From Paraspadella gotoi (taxonomy: Eukaryota > Animalia > Chaetognatha), in contig CM119263.1 in assembly GCA_051294375.1 (NCBI GenBank), positions 11,120,703 through 11,184,702 on the forward strand: a stretch of 64,000 nucleotides of DNA, given 5' to 3'. The translations under genes and the position numbers were made by a program. Under the pieces are notes generated by a model, which saw only the letters and a list, made by a program, of their open reading frames with translations, had not been told where the DNA came from and did no database searches. Positions 11,762-24,414 of this stretch are shown here, one piece after another (within the stretch, counting starts at the first letter, position 1; each line of letters opens with the position of its first letter).

Positions 11762-14700
11762 TCTCTTTCTCTCTCTCCTTCTTCTCCGTCTTTCTCATCT
11801 TCTCTTTCCACAAAGAGGTCGTAAAGTTCTCCGTTGTTTCGTTCCTGATGTCAACGAAGCAAATGTTGTTGTTGTTATCGTTGTCGTTGTCAACAAGTGT
11901 GTGGCCAATCTTCGTGATTACGATCAAGCGAGACAACTTTTGAGTTCTCCCTCTAAGACAAAGGCAAAAAAACTAATCCGTTAATTTACAAAAGATTAAT
12001 AAATCTGTCTGAATTTCTCCGTTTCTCTCCGCAAAATTTAATCAAATTTACCCTCACCATTCACCAGTCAGCAAATTGACATTCATATCAAATACAAAAA
12101 TTTTATATTATTTCAATTACTTGATGTTTTTTTTTATATAAATCGTCAAGAAACCGTTAGGTGATAAGGTGATAAGGTCTATCAACTAGGATTCCTCTTT
12201 TTACTTCTTTTTGTCTCGTGAACTTGAAAAAGAACGATCAAACAAAAAAACTTATTTTTTTTTAAATTTTATCCTCAGAATATAAAAGCTCCATTTAATT
12301 TTTTTTTTTCCGCTAAAGTAATTAATCAAATCCGACCTTTCAAACGTTGAAACTTGCGGCGATTTTAAATCAAACATGCAAACTTGGATGGATGAAAGAA
12401 GGAAGTTAAAAAGAGAAAAATTATAAAGAAAGAGATTAGAAGAAGTTTGAAATTTAATTTCTACAACGATTTTTATTTCATATTAAATCGTTGTTTAAAA
12501 TTCAATTTCAAACTTCTTTGGTGAAATCAACAACGAAAACAACAACGACAACAACAAGTCATTTACAAACTTCTTCTAATTTTAAAAACACAACGGAAAC
12601 GAAAAGGAATATATCACAAAAAGAAAGAGATTTAATAAAATGAGAAAAATAAAAAGAAAGAAACGAAAACAAAGAAAAATAAAAACAAATTTAACTAATG
12701 AAAAAAAATAAAAAATAGAAATAAAACCAAAAAAAGTAAAACTAGTGAAATAAATACAATTTAAGAAGTGACAAAGAAGAAAGGTTAACAGACGAAAAGA
12801 AATCAAATGAAAAAAAAAATTAGGATCTATATCCGGTATCAAAAAGCCAAAGAAAGAGCTGTTTCATATTAAAGTATGTTATATTTAAAATCCGAATCTT
12901 AATATAATTTTTTTTATTTTTCTTGGATTTAATATATTTAAAATCTACTTAAACTCAGGATCACCACTCTCTAATTGTACCTCTATTCCTACATGTCATC
13001 TTAAGCTCGCACCTGAGAAAATTCTTTAGCCACTAATATTTCTTTTGTCGTTCGAACCGACAGCCACACACACAGATTACTCCCCGTTCTCCGCAAAATG
13101 GCTTCTTGACTGACACCTTTCATTACGTCGGGTTAATGGTGTGCTTGTCCCCGGAAGGAAGGGGCGGGATGTAAGCTGTGCCCAATCCTTTTGTGGCAGT
13201 AGTGTGTGTGAGAGCGCGAGATAGTGTGTGTGAAGAAAAAGAAAGGGAAAAAAAAAAAGGAGAGAGCGAAAAAAAAAACTTTTTCTTAAGAATCACAAAA
13301 AAGTTTTTTCCCGCACTATTAACCTCCATAAAAAGAATCTTTTATTCAAGTTTCACGTTCGTCCCCATTTTTTTTTTCCTTTCTTTTCTAAAATTTTCCT
13401 CGCCATTTTCTGGTAATATAGTTTGAAAAAAAAAACCCCGAGGGCCGAAAGGCTAAATAAAAGAGTTAATTCGTGCTAATTCCGCGAATAAAAACATCGG
13501 CTCGAAGCGCCGAGGGATAAATATCACAGAGATCGTTTAGTCCATAAATCGTCAGAGAAAGGGTAAGAAAAAAGGAGAGGGTGAAAAAAAAGAAAGTAGA
13601 GAGAAAGAAATGAGAAAAAAATGGGAAAAGGGCCAGAAGGTAAGAAAAAAGTGGAATAATACTGAGGAGAAACACTTAAGCACCTGGAGGAACGACTTTT
13701 TGCCGAGGTTATATGGGTTGGCTGCCATGAAAGGCCCACGGCGATCGAGGGTTTGGCAGAGGGTCAAAGTGGCGGGGCGGTTGCGGAGAGGTGAGAGGGC
13801 AGAGATAGTGGATCGAAAGAACTGATGGAGTCGAAGGACGTGAGTGGCAGTGTGCTGAGGTGGCCAATGGCCAGGGCGCGAAGTCTCAAACTGCGGTCCG
13901 ATTGACTTGAGGTCACGCGAAGAGAAAAAAAAAAGTCAGTTGGTCAACGAGTTAGATTCGGGATGGGTCATCGACGCCGGCCGCCTTCTGTAGAGCGAAC
14001 CGGGACGGGAACTGGGGACTCGTTGGTTGATTTGGCGGCGAAACTTTATGTCCACGGAGAAAAAAAGGATTTTTTTTTTCCGCGAAGTCCGAATTGCAAC
14101 AATTTTTTAAGCCCGAGATAAATGGATTGCCATTCCGGTTTTGTAATAAACTTACTGAGGTTTCGTGAGTACGTCTTTGGAGGCTTTAGGGGCAATAGCA
14201 ATTAAGGCATATTGAGTTAAGAAAAGTTGCTTTCTGAAATAATTGCACGTGCGCAGGAGTCTGCTAATGATGATGAAGGAGATAGGCATTTGTCTTTTTA
14301 AGATTTTGAAAGAGCCATTTGGAACGTCAAATAAAGTCACGTTGAAAGCACAGATCTGGATTATCCCAACGTTGTCTTTGTGGAAGAGATATTATTTGCC
14401 GGCAGACGAGTCTCCAATTCGAAATGAAAGTCATTTTTTGTAAAGAGGGGAATTTAATTTTGTAGCTTGAGAATTAGCTGCTTTTATGTTCCCGATTTAT
14501 TAATTTGGAAAACGAGAGAAGAGAGATTTGAATTAGGTATCAGGACTTTGAACGTAGGCGATGCTGGTTAAGATTAGAAATGGAGATGGAAATAGCTTGG
14601 AGTGTGAGAATCCCGAACGTTATATATAAATGTTAATTTAACTGATATTTTCTAGTTTAGTCATTAAATATGTCCATATTAGAGATTTGTAATACCTCCG

Positions 14701-15734
14701 ATCAGCGGCATCTGATTGAAAGACGACAGACCCAGATGGGGAAGAAAAAACGGGGACAGAGGCTGTGTCGAGGCGGTAAAAGGGACAATAACAACTCTCG
14801 GCGACCGAGAGAAGCGCCCGCGGCGGGTCTGACCGCCTAAACCTTCATTTGTCCTCCTTGTCAATCCTCCCGGCTTCTCCCCTCCCGGGTCGTTCCCCGT
14901 CGGGGGAACGTGACAGAACGGATCGAACTGCGGGGCAAGTTATTCGCTCACAGACGGATCGAGGGATTAAGTCGCAGCGACGTTTGGTAGTAGCGAAGCA
15001 CCTGGCTGGTCGCGTACGAGCCCGGCGAACGAAGCTGGGGTGGGTGTAGGGATGGAGACCGGTGTGGTATGTAATCAGTGGTACGAGGGTTGCGGGAGGG
15101 TTTAAAAGGTCCTACGGGGGTGGACTTGTTCGGAGTGGGAGAGGTCGCGGAGAGGTCGAGGGGGGCGGTGTTGATGTCGAGGTGGGTAAGTGGAAAGTGC
15201 GTTCTGCTCAATCAGGTGGAGGCATATGAGAGGCTTTTTTTTTTACTGCGCAGTGTTGTTCGGGAAATCGATCTCGCCTGACCTTTCGGCATTGGCTATT
15301 AGGAGACAGAGAGCTGAGAGAGAGAGAGAGACAGCAGTTCTCGGCAAGAAGGCGCTCGTCATCGTCGTGGATGGCGGCAAGGGACGCCAGACGGCGAAGC
15401 GATCGCCGCCCACAGGAATTCCTGAAGTCCATAAAAGGTAGACTGAAGGAAGAGAGAGAGATGAACAGAAAGAAGTGGGCTGTCTGAGGTTCGTCGAATG
15501 AGAATAGATGACAGAGTTGTCTAAATTACGCGAAGGGGAAAATCATCGTGAATACTGCAATACGGGAATCCGCTGCCTTGGCCAAGAATGCATCGATGAG
15601 TAGCGAGGGGGTAAACCACGGAATGAAGCTGACGGGTATATAAACTCGGTCGTTTTGTTTTTGCCTGGGGAAAACGGGCAGTGACGATAGTGAAAGAAAA
15701 TCCCAAATATCTTGTTGCCAAAATGATAGCAAAA
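8036..15734. repeat. Giant inverted duplication (about 3.7-3.9 kb arms), probable assembly/fold-back artefact
   Basis: 8036-11690 is the reverse complement of 11879-15734. The 188-bp spacer starts with (CT)n. Arms are nearly identical at the centre and indel-rich distally; the right arm ends at a 25-N gap. Confidence 0.92.
11044..11123. repeat. 80-bp imperfect hairpin (copied at about 12438-12518 in the other arm)
   Basis: AAGAAGTTTGAAATTG..ACAACGATTT / AAATCGTTGT..CAATTTCAAACTTCTT. Confidence 0.75.
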
Positions 15735-17122
15735 NNNNNNNNNNNNNNNNNNNNNNNNNGAGAGAGAGAGAGAGAAAATGCGATATAATCGACGAACGAA
15801 CGATAAAATGTAAGACAAACGTGAATCTCGAAAACCCAGATGTATTTTCGATTTCTCTCAATCGACAGATCAAGTCTCTCATTTTCGATTTTCTTTTGGT
15901 TTCAGTTCATCCGATGGTCGACCCCCAAAACATCACGTGGTCCCTCCAACGCCCCTTCTCCGACTCCTCTTCCTCTTCCTCCTCCTCCTCGCTCGTGGCT
16001 TCGAAAACAAAAGGCGTCTCCTCGGGGGAAAACGGCGGAGACGATGGCGCTAGGAGAGGAAGGTAAGAAGAGGNNNNNNNNNNNNNNNNNNNGCGCGAGG
16101 AGAGGAAGGTAAGAAGAGGGAGGGGGGGAAGGTAAGAAAGGTAAGGAGAGAGGGAAGAAGAAAATAAGGAGCGAGGGAGAAAGGATGGTAAGGAGAATCG
16201 AAAGGAAGTTAAGTTGAGAAGGAGAGGAAAGGAAGGAGAGGAAGAGAAAAAAAATGGGAAGAGGAAGAAAAGGAAGGGTATAGAGGTAGGGTCAGGAGGG
16301 GAAAGAGGAAGGTTGCAGGGTGGAGGAAATTAAGGAGAAGGGCGGGGAGAGAGGAAGATAAGGAGATGGGGAAGTAGAAAGTTAAAAGAGAGGGGAGAGA
16401 GGAAAGTAAAGAGCGGTGAGGAGGAACGAATGAGAGAGAAAGTAATTCGGGCGAAGGAAGGAGAAGAGACAAGGCGAGTTGGGGAGAGAGCGAGGTAGGA
16501 GGGAGGGAGGAAGGAGCGGAGGAGAGAGGAAGAGAGAGGTAAGCGTAATAAGGGAGAGGAAGATGAAGAGGGAAACGAGAAATTGGAGATGGGAGATGTA
16601 AACTGGAGAGAAAATATAAGAAAAGAAGGAAATGTATAAAAAGGAACTTGACAACTCGATTCGATAGAAGGCAGAAAACAAAACGTAAAGGACACTAAAA
16701 GGCACTAAAAGAAAAGGCAAAACCGGGGAACTAAGATTAAAAATTTGGTTGGCGGGTAAGGCGGGAAAGGCGGGCGAAAGATTTGCGGTGAGAAAGAGAA
16801 TGGGAAACTGATGGAGAATCGTCGAAGAGGAAGAGAGAAGATGAAGAATAACGAGAAAATGTGAACCGTTGAATTGTACGCAGAGACTGTGGAAAGGCGA
16901 ATGTCTAATGGTTTATTTTTTTTTCGGGAGGGCGATGATGGAAGTAAATATTCAACGCTGTAAATTTGGGCATATTTTCCAGAACTTTTTGCGTTTTGAC
17001 AAGGAAGCTGAAAGTGACAAGGAATAAAAACTTTCAAATACCGGTCTCGGGCATTTCGAACTCGATTCTCAGTAATGCCGCCCATATTCTACCTAAAAAA
17101 AGCGAACGAAAAATTTTAACAG

Positions 17123-17419
17123 TTCAAGCGACAGCGACAACAACGACAACAACGACAACCACGGGGTGATTTTCCGAAAATAACTCGTCGTATCGTCGCT
17201 CGTACAAAAGACCATTTCCGCACAAAAGGGGGAGAGAGGGGCTCGTATTTCCACCCTCAAATCCCCTGCGTGGTTGTCGCCGCCGCTGTCGCCGCCGCAG
17301 CCGACGCCGCCGCGAAATCGACACCGCCGGCGCCACCGGTTTCGACGCCGGATATATTTTATCCCCACGCTTTCAATCCGCGCCAAGCATTTCACGTTCG
17401 AGTTGTTCCCCGCCACATG
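17123..17419 (+). CDS. Possible exon of unknown protein
   Basis: Acceptor ttttaacag ends at 17122, GC-rich body with one fully open frame, possible donor G|GTTCCA at 17420. The frame is ambiguous and no motif is recognisable. Confidence 0.25.
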
Positions 17420-17704
17420 GTTCCACTTTTTCGGGTTCCACTTTTTCCGCTTCTCAAATCTTTTTGGATGAAAAAAAAATGTGATTCGCGTTTGAGTCGC
17501 CAGAGGATTTTTCGAAGCCGGAAAGAAAAAAGTCGCGGCGCCGGAAAATGGAATCGAGACCGAAGAAAATACAGAGGAATGCCGGGAGAAGAAATTTACG
17601 ATTCCGACTTTGGGATAAGCGACTTTGAGACAGAAAGAGAGAGGAGGGAGAGGAGAGGGAGAAGGAGAGAGAGGTCGAGAGCGAGAGAGAGAGTAGAGAG
17701 AGAG

Positions 17705-17753
<49 letters not shown>

Positions 17754-18161
17754 GAAGAGAGAGAGCGAAGAGAGAAGCAGAGAGAGCGAGCTCGATTCTT
17801 CTACTTTATATTGTCTATACATCGTTGTAAGATTAGAAAGAAACTTTAAAGAAAAAAATTGAGAAAAACGTGAGGCGGGGCGGCGAGAGAGTTGGAGGTG
17901 CGAAAGGACGCGGGGGGAAAAACTCTTTCGAAGAGAAAAACTATATCGTGAGGCAGAAAACGAAAAGTGAGAGGAAAAAAAAGGAGGAGAGAAGCGAAAC
18001 GGAAGAAAAGAGAAGGAAAGAAAAGAAAGAAAAAAAAAGAGAGAGAGATTTATTTGCGGGCATCAAACATTCACAGCGTGAACCTCCCTCGAAGCCTGCC
18101 AATCACGGCGTAAGAGGCTTGAATGGAGGTCAATCAAAGATCGTGAATCGCAACATCTCCC

Positions 18162-18163
<2 letters not shown>

Positions 18164-18239
<76 letters not shown>
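18164..18239. repeat. (CGC)n microsatellite, about 25 units
   Basis: Uninterrupted CGC run read directly. Confidence 0.97.
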
Positions 18240-18240
<1 letters not shown>

Positions 18241-19457
18241 TAATTTCATTTTTCAGTTAAAGCGATTTTCTTTTTTTTAATTATTGGTTGACGTCTCAGT
18301 TTAGTATCAATATTATAATTAGCCTCGGATTAAATCAATTATAAATTCATGCATTCTTTTTTAGTTTATATTTCAGATTTTTTCCCTTTGTCAATCATAG
18401 ATAAATTTGCTCGTTTCCCCTCTCTGTGCCCTCAACCATATTTTATTTCTTGTCGATAAAATGGTTGGCCTTTTTCAGCATTGTGACTTTAAAAGATTCG
18501 CCTTTGCCAAATCGATTTACCGCTTTTCGATCAATTCATTCGATGCGGAATGTTTGTTTGTTTATTTCATAATAGAAATAGAGTTCGTACATCTTTCAGA
18601 AAATAACTAAGAATTGCGATAATCCAGTTTGGCAAAAAGCGATGTCGACTGTATTTCCAAAGTTCATTCTCGCGGAAATAAATTTCTGGTTCGACGCCGA
18701 AGTTGCTCGACCAAAAATTCCCATCGACAAAGATAAAAATCCAGAAAAAAAAGAAAAACATTTTAACAAAAATTTATAAAATTGGCAAAAATTAAAAAAA
18801 AAAAAGAAAAATCTGTTCTAAGGGCGAGAAAGTAAAGAGTAAAGAGATAGAATTTATATTAAACTAAAATAGACGAGATATAAAGAAGAAGAAGAAGAAA
18901 AAAAAGAGAAGAGAATCGATCTTCAATTAAAAAAAAAACAAAAAACCTAAGGATCGAACAAAGCTCGGCGAATGAGGCTGAGAGACCGCGATCCATTTTT
19001 ATCTCGAGATTCCATTTTCACTTTGAGATCTCGTTGAAATTCATGAGTTGAACTCGTTGGTCGACGGAAGGATGCAGGTGGTGCCATTCGGAGCGATGGT
19101 GGTTGGAAGAGATGGGGCTGCGGAGTGAAAGAGTCGAGCCGTAGAGGGTTGAGAACTTTCGAGAATTCAAAATTTAATTCGCTTCTCTTCGCGTTTAACT
19201 TTTCCCCAAAGAACGGCAACAGAAAATGTCGCCGTCGATGGTAAAATTTTTACGTTGGTTTCGATTCGTTTTGAAAGCCCTCGACTCGAGTAGTAAATAC
19301 AAAGAAAAGAATAAGAATGGAGTATTTTTTTCTCTTTTTTTTTTAAGAGGTGATTATTGCGTAAATGTTTGTAAATAATTGTATAATGGAAACATTCTTT
19401 GAAACATTATAACACTTCATTTATAGGGAAGCCTTGATTGAAAGCTTGCATGGTCCT

Positions 19458-19620
19458 GCTATGAAATTGGTACAACCAATACAAAATACAATATGTTATT
19501 ATCTTGTAAGAAGGCGGTGGCCTTAAGCCACCCGAGCCGGTCCAAAGTCAGGCAGGGGAAAGACGTCTTATTAATAAATGATTGAATAATTTTTTCTATT
19601 GATTGTACCAGTTTCATAAC
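19458..19620. mobile_element. Small MITE-like element with 24-bp terminal inverted repeats
   Basis: GCTATGAAATTGGTACAACCAATA (19458-19481) versus TATTGATTGTACCAGTTTCATAAC (19597-19620), 3 mismatches. A third copy of the motif lies at 6817-6839. Confidence 0.55.
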
Positions 19621-22087
19621 GTCACAGGAGACAAAATGCTGATCATTCCAAGTCGATACGTACGTTTTTTCTATCGACGTTTGTCAGCGTCGTCGTGATC
19701 GCGTCATCGATGTCATCGTTGTTCGTCGACTCTGACTATCGTCCTTTTAGTCCTCTTCTCCGTTTACTTCACAAGTTTGATTCTTCTTTCCCCCCGATTT
19801 CGCATTCGCTTGAGCGACGGCGTTTTCACTTTCACTTCATCACTTTGCCTATTTTCATTCTCAAGACTCATTTTTCCCATTCTAGTTTTTACTTTTTAAC
19901 TTTCCCATTTAACGTATTCGTTCATTCTCACGGGCTCGCTTTCTTTTCTTTTTATTTTAAACTATCGTTCACATTCCGACTTTCACACTTTAGCTTTTAC
20001 TCACTACTGTCGCTCATCAGATTAAACGGTGAACTTTTGTCACCGACTGACTTTCGATTCGAATCCGGAAAACGAGATTTTTTTTTTTTTTGTGAGAGGG
20101 AAAAAGAAAAGGAGAAGAAAAACAGTTTAAACTCTTCACGGATTCCTCCCTTCCTTTTTTCTCCCTTCCTTTTTTCTCCCTTCTTTTTTCCCTCCTTTTT
20201 TCCCCTTCCTTTTTCTCCCTTCTTTTTTCTCCCTTCCTTTCTTCTCTTTACTTTAATCCTTAGTCTTTACCATACATCCATTCTACTTTTTTCATCCCCG
20301 ATTCGAACTACTTCCCTTCAACATTTTCTTCTCATGTGATATCATTCTTCCTGACATTTCTCACTGGTCTCTCCAATGAACGAACTATAAAGATAACCGA
20401 TGATGAGTTTTTGCCTCTGGGATTTTCGGTTTCAAATTCTTTTTTTTTTTGCCCATACCCTACAGATGGCGCGTGTTTCACCAGGACGGTGACATGTTGT
20501 CACGAATTCACGGGGGCGTTCGCGCAAAGATTGTTTTGGACGCTAACGAACTAAACGAAGCCTTTCGAACGCAACAACAAAACAAACAAAACAGGTGGGT
20601 TTAAACTACAAAGCGACTTTCGAAGCATTAAACTAAATAGTAACAAAAACAAAAAGTCACTCGGGCCTCTGCTTTGCTTTAAGAGATTTAAGTTTAATAT
20701 TTAAGATCACACAGGAATACATACGAATTATAGATTTAGATATAGATATACATTAAGAAAAGAAACGAAGCGAACTACGTACGTATATCTCCACAAAAAA
20801 ATATTCGCGGGAACAACAAGTTTGTTAAGCTCGAGTCTTTCGTGATTTATTCAATGGCTGCAATAAAACGAGGGTGCGGCCAGATTGCTCGGAGAATGGG
20901 GCCGAAGCTGGGGTAGGAGGAAGAGTAAGTAGGAAGAGAGAAGTTGACTAAATTTTTTAAAAAAACCTTATTTAAAACTTGAGCGAAAGATATAATTTTT
21001 AAATTATACGTACATCGTTAATGCGGAGCCAGCGAAATTTAAAAAAAAAAATCTTTTTGGAAGGCTCATCAGAGAGAGAAAAATTGCGTTGAATGAAAAA
21101 AAAAAAAAAAAATCTCCCTCTGCGAATCAAGCGATGGATCAGATTGGAAGATGCAAGCCGAAGGCAAAGCAAATATGAAAAAAAAAACTCTTAATGTTAA
21201 TGCTATTTAGTCTTCAGTTTTTATTGTTAAACCGTTGATTGTTTAAAACGTTCAAAGTCTATCTTATCCTCTCCACTCTTTAGTCAACTTCTGTAGTTTT
21301 AATTTCTAATTATTTTCCTTTTGTCTTATTTTCTTCAACACTTCTTTTCACAACAATCGTGTAGAACCGCCTGACGATTCCACTTCACGATCAACCAAAT
21401 TCACTCGCCCGATCAACCAAATAATTTTTGTTTCTCGAATCTAAAAAAAAAAACGTAAACAAACAAACAAAGCCACCGAGGTCCCGCGACGCCGTCACGA
21501 CTCCGCCACGCGGTCAAAAATTCATGAAAACCCCCCCATGAGAGAGATAATGTTTTGGAGCCAATCTCCTCTCCTTTTTTTGCCGGAAATTTTCCCCATT
21601 TATTTGTCGCTTTTATGCGCTGATCAAAACAAGTCAGGCGCTTCTTTATGGAGCGAAAACACCTGCGCCCGCTAAAGGGAGGGTGAGGGAAAGAGGTAGG
21701 CGAGGAATTTGAGAAGGTAAGGGCATCGAACGAGGACAGGATCGGCGAAGAGATTCGAGCCGGGAATCCGATGGCGCGAGTCTCGCTCTACCGAAGCAGG
21801 AGGTCAGGAGGTGAATCGATGGAAATCGGAAAGTGAGGTTGGGTGAGTCGCGATGAGAAAAGTCGGGTCAAGGAACAAAAAGGTGTCCGAAGGTGAGCGG
21901 GAAAAAGGCGAGTAAGAATTGGGAAATGTCACTGGAAAGCGGAACAGTGATCGCTCGAGTGGAGAACGAACGATAATTTGGAATACTTATGAAAACGCCC
22001 ATCTCTGTTGCCAAAGTGTAAAAGAATATGACACTGTCAGTCGAAAATAAGTTACTATGGTGGACTAAAATCCACCAACCGTTCATC

Positions 22088-22270
22088 AGCGCGGAAGGCA
22101 AGTCATTCGCGCTCCAACCCAAAGGTCCGGGGTTCTACCCGGTGGCCGCCTAGCAGTTCTGAGGGACGTGGCGCTTTAACCCGCCTGTAACATGGTGTTA
22201 CAGCCCGATCCGAAGCTCAGGGACTGCTTATATTGAACGGTTCTGTCACTAACATATAACAATAATTAAT
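22088..22270 (+). mobile_element. Candidate tRNA-derived SINE
   Basis: GC-rich head with degenerate A-box-like GCGCGGAAGGCAAG and T-arm/B-box-like AAGGTCCGGGGTTCTACCCGG, an internal hairpin CTGTAACATGGTGTTACAG, and an (AAC/AAT)-rich tail. Single copy in the window. Confidence 0.35.
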
Positions 22271-23076
22271 GTCTTCATTACTAAAACCCCAGTAGAGGTT
22301 CGAGGACTTCATATAATTTTCAACAAAATAAGAAAATGAGGTCGTGGGTTAATCTTTCGGCAAGTCAAAAAAATAGAAAGAATTCCTAGAGCCTTCACCC
22401 GGCCGCCCGGGGTCGATGTCCCCCTGGGAGCGAAGAAAAAGTCACCCCGGGCTTCGACGGACAAAAGGTCAAGGCAGGGCTTCGGCCTTCTCGGCGAAGC
22501 CGTTCGCCCGGGCGAAAAAAAAAAAAAAATTCCTTGAGATGGTCTCAGCAAAAAAATTAAATAATCGTTAAGAATAACCATAACAAAGAAAGGGATCGAC
22601 GTCCCTCAGCCTCGGCCATTGAGCACTTAAGAAATTCGCCCAGGGACACAGTTTTATCTTTATCTTCTCCCGCGGTGGTTCGTACTTACATCTATAGTAT
22701 TTTTGGTAGCTTTTTCTTTTAGATTTGGTACGTTCGGTCGGGGCGGTCTTACGAACTTCCTCAGTAAACCTTAACTTGAGTAACAAAAAAAAAAAAAAAA
22801 AACTCGCGAAAAGAAACCAAAATCTATCGCAGCAACTATAGTGAGGCCGAAGGAATCACAAGATTTCGAAATCACCAGAGCTTGACACTCCTTGGTTTAA
22901 TTCGCTTCTGCCATTTTGATCAGCTCTGAGGACTCTCCCCAACTTTTTCGTCCGTTTTTCCGTTTTCAAATACCTTGTTTTTGTTAACTTACAGTTAATA
23001 CTGCGATTAATCGCTCCTGAGTTTTTCAATCATCATAAAGCGTCTTTATTTCTTTACCCTTTCGTTTGACCCGCAG

Positions 23077-23646
23077 CGCCGCGGCTTCCGCTGCCTCAGC
23101 CTCCGCCTCCGAGGATGCGGCGACGCGGTCGACGCCGCGCTCTCTCGTCCTCCTCCTCACCGTCAAGGGCGTCGTTAAGGAGGCCAGGAGTCACGTGACG
23201 CTGTTGCTGGACCAAACGGCGCTGATGGCGACGACGACGCCAGACGACGACTTTCTGCAATGGATCAACCGACACACCGGTGAGGGGGTTCAGAGGTTGG
23301 GATTTGCTGAAGCAGTTTGTAAAAGGTTTAGGTTGTCATTGTTTAATTCGTGACAGCATTTGTACAATGTACACTGTTTATATGATCATTTTATCCTAAT
23401 TTTGATCTGAATAATGTATTTGTATTATCATAATATGGTAATAACTCACTTTTCAAGGTGCTTTGATCGTCGTCTTCGCCACAGTACTCGTCATCGTGAT
23501 CATCATAGCCGGTAGGGGAGCGTTGCAGCTAATTGTTCGTTAAAGAACCAGCGAAATGAAATCCGTTGGATCAAACGCCTCTTTATTCTTTCAGGCATTC
23601 TCTTTCGCCACCACTTCAAAAAGAGCAACTTCCTCGGCGCCACGAG
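23077..23646 (+). CDS. Two coding exons (23077-23279, 23595-23646), probably upstream exons of the 38586-43399 gene
   Basis: Good acceptors (ccgcag, ttttcag) and donors (GTGAGG, GTAAGT). The spliced frame is open: ..RSLVLLLTVKGVVKEARSHVTLLLDQ..DDDFLQWINRHTGILFRHHFKKSNFLGAT. It ends in phase 2, matching the phase-2 start at 38586. Confidence 0.6.
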
Positions 23647-24313
23647 GTAAGTCAAATTTTTACTCCAGCTCTTTTTTTTTTCCATTTCGTAAACAGTAAA
23701 TAATAAACGATTCTAGACTTCCCCCGCGACCTTCCCCATCGACCCCCCCCTCCCCACTCGAAACGCTTCCTCTTCTCCCGACTCGGTTCCAACTCGTTAA
23801 ATGTATACAACTTTTTGCGCGGGCGGCGTTTATTGCGCCGTAAACAGGACGCTAAACCTATCTCTCCTCCTCTCTCGTCTCTCTGTCCCCCGGAAAGACA
23901 TTTAATGCCATCTCCCACGCCCCGGTTCCTCGCGTTAAATATCTTGTCCCGGGAATTCGGCCGGAGCCCCGTCTCTTGGCCTCTTAGACAAAAGGCCAAG
24001 GTCCGGTTCCCGTCTCTTTTCGGACGAGCGACGCTTCCGCTTCCGCGTTGGTCTGCAGAGAACCTCCGCTTGTTTAATGATCATCTTCGTCTGTTTTTTT
24101 GGTATTGTTTAAAACGATTTAGGATAAAAATTGGTTACCCGAGATTAGTAATCTCCCGTTCGTGCAAATCGATAGATTTCCGAAAACAAACAAAAGTCAA
24201 ACCCAAAAAATCTAAAGTAGGTTGTTCGCCGGGCGACCTTTCCGCTCCGAATACCAGCGAATTTCTCCTCCTCGTTTTCCTTATCACTTTTTCCTTCACG
24301 AATTTGCATTCTA

Positions 24314-24414
<101 letters not shown>

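Noticed and set aside
8036-15734. Foldback transposon or large-TIR element explanation for the palindrome
   Set aside because: Arms are ordinary-looking genomic DNA without modular subrepeats, transposase or TSD, and the indel gradient and 25-N boundary fit an assembly artefact better.
17870-18280. Arg/Lys-rich protamine-like ORF with poly-Arg
   Set aside because: Built from GA-rich sequence and a (CGC)n microsatellite, with a GTG start and no splice support.
22058-22095. Minus-strand CTGATGA followed by a hairpin
   Set aside because: Lacks the GAAA and UH core at the required positions.
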